A model generated the notes under the pieces. The model searched no databases. It was not told the DNA's origin and saw only the letters and a list, made by a program, of their open reading frames with translations. DNA of 64,000 nucleotides from Nitrospirota bacterium (GTDB taxonomy: Bacteria; Nitrospirota; JACRHL01), in NCBI GenBank assembly GCA_016212085.1, contig JACRHL010000003.1, forward strand, positions 321,178-385,177, in the 5' to 3' direction. Of this stretch, positions 33,376 to 42,583 are shown in pieces (position 1 is the first letter of the stretch; every line of letters starts with the position of its first letter). The position numbers and the translations under genes are program-made.

Positions 33376-34257
33376 ATGAAGCTGAAGTACGCATACTATA
33401 CGGGCTGCGCCGCCAAGGGCGTGTGCCCCGAGCTGGACCAGGCCACCCAGGCGGTGGCCCGCGCCCTGGACATCGAGCTGATCGAGCTCACCGCCGCGTC
33501 GTGCTGCGGCGCCGGCGTGATCGGCGAGCTGGAGTACGATACCCAGCTGGCCATGAACGCCCGCAACCTGGCCATGGCCGAGCAGCTCGGCCTCAACATG
33601 ATGACCATCTGCGGCACCTGCCAGGGGGTGATCTCCCGCGCCAACGTGGCGTTGCAGCACACCGCCACCCGCGACCGCATCAACCAGGGCCTGATCGGCA
33701 ACGGCGGCATCTACAAGGGCACCACCGGCGTGCTGCACCTGCTGTGGGTGCTGGTGAAGGAGTTCGGCCTGGCGCGGCTGGAGCAGGCGGTGACCCACCC
33801 GCTCACCGGCCTTAGGGTCGGGCCGTTCTACGGCTGCTACATCCTGCGCCCGTCCGAATACCTGGGTTTCGACGACCCCTACAACCCGCGCAGCCTGGAG
33901 GGGGTGATCCGCGCCCTGGGCGCGGAGCCGGTGGACTATTCCGGCCGCACCAAGTGCTGCGGCTTCCCCATCGTGCTGGAGAACGAGTCCAACGCCATGA
34001 AGATGGTGGGCGCCCACCTGCTGGAGGCGAAGGGCAACGGCGCCGACTGCCTGGTGACCCCCTGCCCCCTGTGCCACATGAACCTGGACCTGTACCAGGG
34101 CAAGGCGGAGCAGGAGATGCACCGCAAGATCGGCCTGCCCATCCTGCACCTGCCGCAACTGGTGGGCCTGGCCCTGGGCCTGGGGCCCGAGGCGCTGGGC
34201 CTGCGCCGGAACATGGTGGACGCCATGCAACTGGCCGCCGACGTGGGGGCCACCTAG
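33376..34257 (+). CDS. CCG-domain (HdrB-like) third subunit of a non-classical succinate dehydrogenase/fumarate reductase
   Basis: Two cysteine-rich CCG motifs (ASCCGAG, KCCGFP) plus CPLC; no predicted TM anchor. Confidence 0.8.
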   Translation: MKLKYAYYTGCAAKGVCPELDQATQAVARALDIELIELTAASCCGAGVIGELEYDTQLAMNARNLAMAEQLGLNMMTICGTCQGVISRANVALQHTATRDRINQGLIGNGGIYKGTTGVLHLLWVLVKEFGLARLEQAVTHPLTGLRVGPFYGCYILRPSEYLGFDDPYNPRSLEGVIRALGAEPVDYSGRTKCCGFPIVLENESNAMKMVGAHLLEAKGNGADCLVTPCPLCHMNLDLYQGKAEQEMHRKIGLPILHLPQLVGLALGLGPEALGLRRNMVDAMQLAADVGAT

Positions 34258-34281
34258 CTGCGCTTGCCGCGAGCGTTGTCG

Positions 34282-34446
34282 GGGCACCTCTATTAACCGT
34301 CGCGCGCGCCCCCTGGTGCCAGGTGCCCCGAGCGGAGCGGCACCGTTACGCCGCGCGGAACCCGAGACATATCCGGGTGATGGGCGAGGGTTCGAGCACC
34401 GCTGGGCGCGGCAATCGGGGCGCGCGGCAGGTTGATAGAGGTGCCC
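34282..34446. mobile_element. 165-bp MITE, family B (copy with internal expansion)
   Basis: TIRs GGGCACCTCTATTAACC / GGTTGATAGAGGTGCCC; no matching target duplication; abuts transposase remnant. Confidence 0.7.
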
Positions 34447-34610
34447 AGGCGTTTGGCGTCCGACACGGGCGTGCCACCGAACTTGTTGCGCCAGAGGTAA
34501 CAGCTCGCCTCCGAGAACCCGTGCCGCCGGCACAAGTCCTTCACCGGCATTCCGGCATCGGCCTCGCGCAGAAAACCGGTGATCTGCTCTTCCGAAAACC
34601 GCTTCTTCAT
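34447..34610 (-). pseudogene. IS3-family transposase OrfA N-terminal fragment (truncated by MITE)
   Basis: MKKRFSEEQITGFLREADAGMPVKDLCRRHGFSEASCYLWRNKFGG...DAKRL (HTH region of IS3/IS911-type OrfA) with GGAG RBS; reading frame then runs into the repeat. Confidence 0.55.
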
Positions 34611-34881
34611 GTCCAATCTCCTTCCGGTTCAGGGATTGGGCTCTCAATCGGGGCGCTACTGAAAGAGGGGGAGACGTCGGTCCGGAGACGTGTTGCGCCC
34701 CATGCCGCCAATCGGATGAAATAACGGACTGGCAATCCGATGTTCATGGTTGTGGGCAGGCGGGCGGTGTCTCGATCCGGTGGCTTCCGGGCCGACTCCG
34801 CCGTTGTCAGAGGGCGATTGGTGAGTCGGCGTCATCTGGCCGCGCGGCCCTTTGGCTGAAGAATTCAGGAGATGTTTCGTG

Positions 34882-35922
34882 ATGCACGACGTGGTGCAAG
34901 ACTATTACGGGCGGCAGTTGCGGTCTTCCGAAGACCTCAAAACCTCTGCCTGCTGCGATCCGACGCGGGTTCCCGCTTGGCTGAAACCGCTGCTGGCCAA
35001 CATCCACGAGGAGGTGCTGGAGCGTTACTACGGCTGCGGCCTGATCTGCCCGCCCCTTCTGGAGGGGTTGACCGTGCTGGACCTGGGCTGCGGCAGCGGG
35101 CGCGACGTGTACGCCCTGGCCCAACTGGTGGGGCCGACGGGGCGCGTGGTGGGCGTGGACATGACGGAGGAGCAGCTTGCCGTGGCGCGCCGCCACTAGG
35201 CACATCACGCGGAGCTGTTCGGCTTTTCCAACGTGGCATTCGAGCACGGCTTCATCGAACGCCTCGACGCGCTGGACCTGCCGGCGGGCGGGTTCGACGT
35301 GATCGTTTCCAACTGCGTGGTGAACCTGTCGCCGGACAAGGATGCGGTGCTGGCCGGCGTGCACCGGCTGCTCAAGCCGGGCGGCGAGTTCTATTTTTCC
35401 GACGTGTACGCGGACCGGCGCGTGCCGGACGCGGTGCGGAACGATCCGGTGTTGTATGGCGAATGCCTGGGCGGCGCCCTGTACTGGAACGACTTCCTGC
35501 GCGCCGCCCACCGGGCCGGGTTCGCCGACCCCCGGTTGCAGGAGGACCGGCCCCTGGCGGTGACGGATCCGGAACTGGCGGAGCGGGCCGCTGGTGTCAA
35601 CTTCCACGCGGCCACCTGGCGCCTGTTCAAGCTGGACGGGTTGGAGACCGCCTGCGAGGATTACGGCCAGGCGGTGGTCTACCGGGGTACCGTGCCCGGT
35701 CACCCCAACCGCTTCGCGCTCGACAAGCATCACGACATCCAGACCGGCCGGGTGTTCCCCGTGTGCGGCAACACCTGGCGCATGCTGGCCGATACGCGCT
35801 TTGCGCCGCATTTCGCGTTCATCGGGGATTTTTCGCGTCACCACGGCCTGTTCGAGGGGTGTGGCGGAGGCATCCCGTTCGACCGCGCCGCCCCGCCGGA
35901 CACGCAAAAAGGGTGCTGTTGA
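34882..35922 (+). pseudogene. arsM: arsenite S-adenosylmethionine methyltransferase with in-frame TAG
   Basis: N-terminal Cys pair (TSACCDPT), SAM motif VLDLGCGSGRD, C-terminal Cys; single in-frame amber codon at 35197-35199 (ARRH*AHHAELF), frame otherwise continuous. Confidence 0.65.
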
Positions 35923-36010
35923 TGGCGTGGCGGCGGGCAGCGGTGGCGCCAATGACCGGAACGGTGAACAGGCCGTCGCGCCCACCGGCCCTCACCGGCG
36001 GGTGCGGCCC

Positions 36011-36250
36011 GTGACGCCCTTCCTGCGCGCCGCGTTCCGGCGCCCCACCGTCCTTGGCGCCATCCAGGTGTCGGTGGTGGTGGGGAGCATGCTGAACGTC
36101 ATCAACCAGGGTGAGGCGTGGCTCCACGGCGCGTCCGTCTCCGTGGGGCACCTGATCCTCAATTATCTGGTCCCGTACGGCGTGGCGACGTTCAGCGCGG
36201 CGCGCACCGAGCTGCGCCGCTGCCCACCGGACGAGGAGGGGCATTCATGA
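36011..36250 (+). CDS. NrtS-like small membrane protein (putative nitrate/nitrite transporter family)
   Basis: ~80 aa; FLRAAFRRPTVLGAIQVSVVVGSMLNVINQGEAW...LNYLVPYGVATF resembles the NrtS family from memory; GTG start. Confidence 0.4.
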   Translation: MTPFLRAAFRRPTVLGAIQVSVVVGSMLNVINQGEAWLHGASVSVGHLILNYLVPYGVATFSAARTELRRCPPDEEGHS

Positions 36251-37054
36251 CCATCGGCCCGCGTCGTCCCAGTTCAGCGAATGATGGTCGAACCCGTGCT
36301 CCAGGGTCGGCTTGACCACCGCGAAGTAGGGTGACACGTCAAAGTCCCGGGGGGTGAACAGGCTGTGGTGGCGGACTCGCAGTACCTCCTCCACGCATCC
36401 CCGGCAGCCGGGGCGATCCGCGTCCTTCCGGCCCACCAGGGGAAGAATGGGATAGCGGATCGACTGGAACGCCTGGGCGATGAGGGTGGAGCAGATGGCG
36501 CGGGTGGGATCGCCGCCGCCCAGGGCCAGCATGCGACGCCGGAAGCGTCCGGGAACGGGCGGGGTGGGGAACAGGTAACGCGCCAGGTCCACGACGTTGC
36601 GCAGATCGTAGCGGTCGCCGATGCGGGCGATGACGAATGCGGTCACCCGCCGCACTTCCGCCGGCGTCAGGCCGATCGGCCGGCAGATGCGGGTGGGCCG
36701 ATCGGCAAAGGCGGCGATGCCCACGGCACGCACGCCGTCCAGCGGATCCGCCTCCACGAACAGGCATGACGGCTTTCCGCCTGCCTCGGCCAGGTGGGTT
36801 CCCACGAACAGGGCCGCGTGGGTCCAGGTGGACTGGGTGAGGTAGCTGATGGCGGCGCTCAGGCGCGTGCCCCCCTCCACCAGCAGCACGTCGCCCGGCC
36901 TAAGGCAGGCCAGCAGCAACTCCGGCGGGGTGGGGCGCCCCGTGCCGTCCGTGTGCACCGGACGCGTGAGGAAGCGCGCCAGTCGTGTCCCGATCTGTTC
37001 CAGGATGCCGTTCACGGGCGGAGGGGCCGGGTGGGGGGAGGTGGCGCCCCCCAC
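36245..37054 (-). CDS. YiiX/YebB-like permuted papain-fold hydrolase (putative)
   Basis: GDVLLVEGGTRLSAAISYLTQSTWTHAALFVG block resembles the permuted NlpC/P60-like YiiX family; GTG start. Confidence 0.5.
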   Translation of the reverse strand: MGGATSPHPAPPPVNGILEQIGTRLARFLTRPVHTDGTGRPTPPELLLACLRPGDVLLVEGGTRLSAAISYLTQSTWTHAALFVGTHLAEAGGKPSCLFVEADPLDGVRAVGIAAFADRPTRICRPIGLTPAEVRRVTAFVIARIGDRYDLRNVVDLARYLFPTPPVPGRFRRRMLALGGGDPTRAICSTLIAQAFQSIRYPILPLVGRKDADRPGCRGCVEEVLRVRHHSLFTPRDFDVSPYFAVVKPTLEHGFDHHSLNWDDAGRWS

Positions 37055-37068
37055 CCGGCGGGACGCCG

Positions 37069-37626
37069 CTAAGCCGGCGTCCAGGCCTCATCCGCGAAGG
37101 CGGCGTCCACCGGCGTGCCCAGCAGGCGGTTGGCGTAGTTGCTCAACGTCTTCTGGGTCACGCCCACCACCACCTCCAGCGCCTGGGCCGGGGTGTAGCC
37201 TGCGGCCAGGAAGGCCTTGTGCTCGGCCGAGTCCGCCACATGGCCGCGCTCCCGCACCACGGCACGGGCGAAATCCGCCAGGGCGGCCAGCTTGGGGTCC
37301 GCCAGGGCGCCACCGCAGCGCATGGCGTCCACCACCGGGTCCGGAGCCCCGGCCATCTTGCGGGCGATCATGGAATGGGCGGCCACGCAGTAGGGGCAGC
37401 CGTTGTCGACGCTGGTGGCCAGTAGCACCACCTGGCGCTCGACCGGCGTCAGGCTGGTGCCCTCGAAGGCGTCCGCCACGGCCAGATAGGCGCCCAGGGC
37501 GGCGGGTGCGTTGGCCAGCCCGGCAATCAGGTTCGGGACGAAGCCGAACTTCCCCTTGACGGCCTGCAAAACGGGGCGGACCGCCTCCGGGGCGGTTTCC
37601 TGGGTGTGAAACGGGTAGGTGCTCAT
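37069..37626 (-). CDS. carboxymuconolactone decarboxylase-family protein (AhpD-like)
   Basis: Two CMD-like halves with CPYCVAAH motif; strong RBS aggagaa before ATG 37626. Confidence 0.8.
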   Translation of the reverse strand: MSTYPFHTQETAPEAVRPVLQAVKGKFGFVPNLIAGLANAPAALGAYLAVADAFEGTSLTPVERQVVLLATSVDNGCPYCVAAHSMIARKMAGAPDPVVDAMRCGGALADPKLAALADFARAVVRERGHVADSAEHKAFLAAGYTPAQALEVVVGVTQKTLSNYANRLLGTPVDAAFADEAWTPA

Positions 37627-37639
37627 GGATTCTCCTTTC

Positions 37640-38197
37640 CTAGAACGGGCTGCAGGTACCGGCCGGTTTCCGCGCCGACGGCTGGCAGGCGCATGGGTGC
37701 GAAGCGGCGGCCGACGGCGGAATCACCCCCTCGCGGGCGGTCTGGTGCAGAACCGGCGCGGCCTCCACCGCCTGGGCCAGCCCCGCCAGGACGCGTTCCA
37801 TCATTCCCCCCATCATGCGGCGCATCATCATCACGTCCATGAGCCAGCCCAGCGGGCCGAACCGCACCGTGTAGTCCAGGATCATGTAGGCTTCGGCGCC
37901 GCCCGCCGCGTCGCGCACGCCGAGGGTGGCGAAGGCGCGGGAGAGGGGCATGGAACTGTCGAATATCTCCACGCGGTAGCCCTCGCCCTCGTTCCAGGCC
38001 ACCACCCGCTCGCGCAGGAAGTTGCCATCCTTCAGGTCACAGCGGCGCACGGCGCCGATGCCGCACGCTTCCGCTGTCTCCTGATGCACCGCGCTCAGCA
38101 GCGGATGGAAGCGGTGGATGTTGGTGTAGTCGGAAATCCAGCGCCACACGTCCGCTCGGGGAGCGTCGACATGGCGGGAGCGGGTGATCTGTCCCAT
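37640..38197 (-). CDS. SRPBCC-family protein (polyketide cyclase/START-like)
   Basis: HVDAPRADVWRWISDYTNIHRFHP N-terminal signature typical of SRPBCC ligand-binding fold; ATG 38197 with agga RBS. Confidence 0.65.
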   Translation of the reverse strand: MGQITRSRHVDAPRADVWRWISDYTNIHRFHPLLSAVHQETAEACGIGAVRRCDLKDGNFLRERVVAWNEGEGYRVEIFDSSMPLSRAFATLGVRDAAGGAEAYMILDYTVRFGPLGWLMDVMMMRRMMGGMMERVLAGLAQAVEAAPVLHQTAREGVIPPSAAASHPCACQPSARKPAGTCSPF

Positions 38198-38339
38198 GGC
38201 CGATCCTGTGAAAATAGGTTGTACGGAGCACCCCGGCATGCCCTGGCCGAAAGACGCGACGGGTATTTCCGACGCGGGCTCTCTCCAACGGGTGCGACAG
38301 ATCGGTTAACACCCGGCGCCCTCTTCCTATTCCCGCCGC

Positions 38340-38540
38340 TCAGGCGTGAGGCCCGCGTAGCGGGCAAGTGCGGATTCCCAACACCCGGTACAGCGGACAC
38401 CAACCCGCCAGCGCCGTGCCCAGGAGAATCACCCCGATCCACCCCCAAGGGGTCTGCGGCCCCACGAACACGATGCTGACCAGTCCGATCCCCAGGATTG
38501 CGCGGGCGGCGCGATCCAATGTTCCAACGTTCTTGTTCAT
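38340..38540 (-). CDS. DUF2892-family small inner-membrane protein
   Basis: 66 aa; NVGTLDRAARAILGIGLV...GWCPLYRVLGIRTC pattern; perfect AGGAGG RBS. Confidence 0.7.
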   Translation of the reverse strand: MNKNVGTLDRAARAILGIGLVSIVFVGPQTPWGWIGVILLGTALAGWCPLYRVLGIRTCPLRGPHA

Positions 38541-38557
38541 CGGTATCACCTCCTGGA

Positions 38558-38690
38558 GTTCCCATGCAGTGTGTTGCAAAAGCTCTTCCCCGGCTTGTTC
38601 AACTCGAAACCGGAAAAGCGTGGTTTTCCGGTTTCTCCGGCGCCAGAAAAGCCTCTCACACGGATTGTCACCCTGCGGATGCGGGCGGGT
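38558..38690. repeat. partial family A repeat element
   Basis: ttgttcaactcgaaaccggaaaagcgtggttttccggtttctccgg closely matches the central hairpin module of the other family A copies. Confidence 0.45.
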
Positions 38691-38701
38691 CTGTAGCATC
38701 G

Positions 38702-39355
38702 CTACATTGCGGCCTGGTGCCGCGCCAGGGATTCGGCATCGACGATGTGAACCCCGCCACGGAACAGCCGCACCCATCCGTTTCGTTCATACTCCTTCAA
38801 CAGCCGGCTGACGACCTCCCGGACCGTGCCAAGCTCCACCGCCAGTTGGGCGTGGGTGGCGTGAACGGTGTCATCTCCGTCACGCCCTTCCAGCAGTTTG
38901 CGGGCCAGGCGTACATGGGTGCGCTCGAAGGCCAGTTCCTGGACCCGGCGCATCAGCCCGGCCATCCGGTCGCCGATCTGAGCGAAGACGAACCGTCGGA
39001 ATCCGACAGAATCCGCGAGCAAACGGTTGAAGACGTCCCGCGGCATGACGGCGGCGCGAACCTCCCCTTCGGCGATGCCCTGGGCGGGGTAGTCGGTCTC
39101 GCCCAGGAGGCAGGCGGTGGTCAGGGTGCAGGTCTGTCCCGAGCCCACGCGATACAGCACCACCTCCCGACCCTCGTGGCTCAGGCTGGTGACCGTTACC
39201 GAACCGGACACCACGAACAGGTAGTTCCGGCATGGGTCACCGCACTGGAAGATGGCGGCTCCGGGAGGAAGCGTGATCTCCCTGACCTGGGCCAAGGCGG
39301 CCTTCCATTCGGCGTCATTCAGCGTGCGCAGGGTGGTGAACGCGTTGAACCACAT
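38702..39355 (-). CDS. Crp/Fnr-family transcriptional regulator
   Basis: cNMP-binding beta-barrel N-terminus and C-terminal HTH (THAQLAVELGTVREVVSRLL); GGAGG RBS before ATG 39355. Confidence 0.8.
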   Translation of the reverse strand: MWFNAFTTLRTLNDAEWKAALAQVREITLPPGAAIFQCGDPCRNYLFVVSGSVTVTSLSHEGREVVLYRVGSGQTCTLTTACLLGETDYPAQGIAEGEVRAAVMPRDVFNRLLADSVGFRRFVFAQIGDRMAGLMRRVQELAFERTHVRLARKLLEGRDGDDTVHATHAQLAVELGTVREVVSRLLKEYERNGWVRLFRGGVHIVDAESLARHQAAM

Positions 39356-39436
39356 GCCTCGACCTCCACGATGCCGTTGACCTGTCGGCACGTCCCCGCT
39401 TGCCGGGATGGAGCATGGGGCCGCGCCGGTAAACAT

Positions 39437-39581
39437 GGGCACCTCTATTAACCGTCGCGAGCGCCCCGAGCGCAAGGCGGACTTAAGCGGAGAACCCGAG
39501 ACATATCATGGTGATAGGAGAGGGTTCGAGCACCGCTTAGGCGCAGCAATCGGGGCGCACAGCAGGTTAATAGAGGTGCCC
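39437..39581. mobile_element. 145-bp MITE, family B
   Basis: TIRs GGGCACCTCTATTAACC / GGTTAATAGAGGTGCCC; 4-bp duplication ACAT on both sides. Confidence 0.75.
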
Positions 39582-39713
39582 ACATGTGCCAGCCTCAATT
39601 TTGAGGATACCCCCCCTCCAATCGGCCACTCCATTCCCGGCCGGGTCGGAAATAGACCGCGCCCTCCCAATTGTTCACGGAGGTGAGTGCCCCACCCGGA
39701 GACGAGGCGCCGA

Positions 39714-40412
39714 ATGACTGGACCGATCCCCCTGCTTGAGAACCTGTACGACGTGCTGCCCTCCTACCTGGTGGGCATCGGCGCCGTGGTGTCCGCCGCC
39801 GTGTGCGGCGCGGCCATCGGCTGGGACCGGGAGCGCCTGAAAAAACCCGCCGGGCTCACCACCATGGCGCTGATCTGCGTGGGGGCGGCCATCTACACCC
39901 AGGCGTCCCTGCTGCTGGGGGGCGACGCGAACGACCCGGCGCGTGTGGCGGCCCAGATCGTCACCGGCATCGGCTTCCTGGGGGGCGGCGTCATCCTGCG
40001 CGAGCGGGGCCGGGTGAGCGGGATCACCACCGCCGCCACCATCTGGGCGGTCGCGGCGGTGGGCATCGTGCTGGGTGCGGGCTATCTGGCGGGCGGACTT
40101 GGCCTTACCGCCCTGGTGCTGGGCATCCTGACCGGGGTCAAGCGGCTGGAGCATGCCATCCTGGGCCCCTGCGCCGTGGGCGCGCTGGAGGTGGCCTTCG
40201 CGCCGGACGGCGGCCGGGCCGAGCTGACCCTGCGCGCCATCCTGGACCAATACGGGATCGACGACGGCGCCTACCGCTTCACGGACCTGGCGGACGGCGA
40301 GCGCGTCCTCACGCTCAGCTACTGCCCCGTGCACCGGCACCACCGGGGCGTCGCCGCCGAACTGGCCGCCCATCCGGCTGTGCGGCGCATGGCGTCCGGG
40401 GTGTCACCTTGA
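39714..40412 (+). CDS. MgtC/SapB-family membrane protein
   Basis: N-terminal polytopic region with GAAIGWDRE and TAATIWAVAAVG motifs; alternative GTG start 39687. Confidence 0.75.
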   Translation: MTGPIPLLENLYDVLPSYLVGIGAVVSAAVCGAAIGWDRERLKKPAGLTTMALICVGAAIYTQASLLLGGDANDPARVAAQIVTGIGFLGGGVILRERGRVSGITTAATIWAVAAVGIVLGAGYLAGGLGLTALVLGILTGVKRLEHAILGPCAVGALEVAFAPDGGRAELTLRAILDQYGIDDGAYRFTDLADGERVLTLSYCPVHRHHRGVAAELAAHPAVRRMASGVSP

Positions 40413-40435
40413 TCCGGGTTTGGGGTCCATTTGCC

Positions 40436-41344
40436 ATGACGGCAGCGCTGCTTGCGCTGACCGTCGGGGCGGCGTTGGCCGAGCAACGGAACGACTTCGA
40501 CCTGACCGGCGCGCTGGTGCCGCCGGAACATATCGTGTCCGGCGGCCCGCCCCGTGACGGCATTCCCGCCATCGATCGGCCGCGCCTTGTCACGGCCGGC
40601 CATGCCGGTTTCCTGAAACCGGCCGACCGGGTGCTGGGGCTGGCGCTGGACGGCGAGACCCGCGCCTACCCCATCGCCATCCTCAACTGGCACGAGATTG
40701 TCAACGATACGGTAGCCGGCCGCCCCGTGGTCATAACCTATTGCCCCTTGTGTGGCACCGGCATGGCCTTTGATGCCACCGTGGCCGGCAGGGCGCGCCG
40801 CTTCGGCGTCTCGGGGCTGCTTTACAACAGCGACGTGCTGCTGTATGACCGCGAGAGCGAATCCCTCTGGTCGCAGATCCTGGGCCGGGCGGTCAGCGGC
40901 CCCCTGAAGGGCGAATCCCTCGCCCCGATCCCCCTGGCCCATACCACCTGGGGCGACTGGCGGCGGCGCCACCCGGACACGGCGGTGCTCTCCACCAACA
41001 CGGGGTACGCCCGCGACTACGGGCGGGCCCCCTACGCGGGCTATGCGGACAGCCCGGTGGTGTACTTCCCCACCGGTGCCGTGGACCGGCGCTACCATCC
41101 AAAGGAGCTGGTGCTCGGGGTGGCGATTGGCGGCGTGTCCAAGGCCTATCCGTTCTCCGAACTGGAGCGGGCGGAGGGAACGGTCACCGACACGCTCGCG
41201 GGCCGCACGCTGACCGTGGTGTTCGACGCCGGGAACCAGACGGCCCGGGCGCTGGACGGGGACCGGGAGATTCCCTCGGTCATCGCGTTCTGGTTCGCCT
41301 GGCACGCCTTCCATCCCGAAGGGGCGGTATTCACCGCCCCATAG
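40436..41344 (+). CDS. DUF3179-domain secreted protein
   Basis: Signal peptide; GIPAIDRP...YCPLCGTG...YNSDVLLYDRESESLWSQ pattern remembered for DUF3179. Confidence 0.6.
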   Translation: MTAALLALTVGAALAEQRNDFDLTGALVPPEHIVSGGPPRDGIPAIDRPRLVTAGHAGFLKPADRVLGLALDGETRAYPIAILNWHEIVNDTVAGRPVVITYCPLCGTGMAFDATVAGRARRFGVSGLLYNSDVLLYDRESESLWSQILGRAVSGPLKGESLAPIPLAHTTWGDWRRRHPDTAVLSTNTGYARDYGRAPYAGYADSPVVYFPTGAVDRRYHPKELVLGVAIGGVSKAYPFSELERAEGTVTDTLAGRTLTVVFDAGNQTARALDGDREIPSVIAFWFAWHAFHPEGAVFTAP

Positions 41345-41370
41345 CGGGTTACAGGGCGGTTGCCGTTCCG

Positions 41371-42561
41371 TCAGAACGCCGTGCCCGCGAACAGCCACAG
41401 CTTGTCCGTGTCGGTGCCGAAATCGTCGGCGTTGTAGGTGGCGTATGCCACGCCGACCGTGTGGGGACCGAACGCGCGGGTGGCCTGGAGGTCGGTCTCC
41501 ATGCCATAGTCGGTGCCGCCGGAGTCGGACGTGAAGACATGGTGCACGCAGGTCAGCTTCAGCCCGGATACCGCACCATTCAGGGTGACCATCAGGTCCG
41601 CCAGGCCGCCGGGCGGCGTGGTCAGGAACTGGTCCGCCCAGCCGTTGAAGGCGTGCTTGGTGGCCAGGGGCGTCTGGAAGGCGTCGGTGCCGTCACCCTC
41701 CAGCACCTCGTACCCCACCTTCACCCCCGAGCCGTTCATGGAACCGGACACCTCGGCGAGCCAATAGCTCGTGTCGCCGATGCCGGAACCGGCGAACTCA
41801 GACAGGTCCGCATACTCGGCCGTGGCGCCGAAAAGGATGGCCCCCAGCGGGTAACTGCCCGCGTAGCGGAGCCCGACCGTCTGGCTGCCCGTGGCGGGCG
41901 CGCCATCGTCGTTGACGAAGTAGCCGTATGCCGTGGCCACGCCCGCTCCGGGGACATGCCACGCCACGTTGGCCAGATGGCTGTCGTGCCGGGTATCCCG
42001 GAAGGTGACGTCGTTCACCCGCCACAGGTAGGCGTAGGTGGCCCGCACCGACGCGGACGGTACGACGTCCAGGCGGACCGCGTCGTAGGTCTGTTCGTTC
42101 TGGCGGAACCCCACGTTGCCGACGAAGCGGCCGTCGCCAAGGACGATGCGCTGGCGTCCGACGGTGGCGTCGACGCCGTATGCGGACGCCATCAGCGCCG
42201 CCCGGTTCAACTCGGTGCCGGCGGGGTCGGCCACCACCGGCCGGCCTGCCTTGCCGTTGGTGGTGCTGTTGTATTCGTCGCCCTCCACGGTGGCGACGTT
42301 CTCGAACTCCACCACGGCCCGCGCGCCATGGAACGCCCCGGTGGTGTAGCCGAGCCGGGTGCGCAGGGTGGAGGCCTGCGCCGTGTCGGCGATCCCGTCC
42401 TGGTCCACCGTTTCGTACCGGTAGCGCAGGTCGAGGCTGGGGGTTCCGCCACGGATGGCGTCCGTCAGCCCGCCTGCGCCGGCGGGCGCCGCGAAGGCCG
42501 TGGATATTCCCGCCACCATGGCGATCAGGGCCGGAAGGGATTGACGCGGATCACGGTTCAT
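41371..42561 (-). CDS. outer-membrane beta-barrel protein (porin/DUF1302-like)
   Basis: Signal peptide, alternating amphipathic beta-strands, C-terminal aromatic residue (…LFAGTAF); GGGAG RBS before ATG 42561. Confidence 0.6.
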   Translation of the reverse strand: MNRDPRQSLPALIAMVAGISTAFAAPAGAGGLTDAIRGGTPSLDLRYRYETVDQDGIADTAQASTLRTRLGYTTGAFHGARAVVEFENVATVEGDEYNSTTNGKAGRPVVADPAGTELNRAALMASAYGVDATVGRQRIVLGDGRFVGNVGFRQNEQTYDAVRLDVVPSASVRATYAYLWRVNDVTFRDTRHDSHLANVAWHVPGAGVATAYGYFVNDDGAPATGSQTVGLRYAGSYPLGAILFGATAEYADLSEFAGSGIGDTSYWLAEVSGSMNGSGVKVGYEVLEGDGTDAFQTPLATKHAFNGWADQFLTTPPGGLADLMVTLNGAVSGLKLTCVHHVFTSDSGGTDYGMETDLQATRAFGPHTVGVAYATYNADDFGTDTDKLWLFAGTAF

Positions 42562-42583
42562 GGCTCGTCTCCCTGGCGAATGG

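Noticed and set aside
34293-34616. 107-aa track ORF as an intact transposase gene
   Set aside because: Only the first ~55 residues resemble IS3 OrfA; the remainder is read-through translation of the family B repeat.
38702-39475. Extended N-terminus of the Crp/Fnr regulator (track start at 39475)
   Set aside because: The extra 40 residues are encoded by the adjacent MITE; ATG at 39355 with a GGAGG RBS is the credible start.
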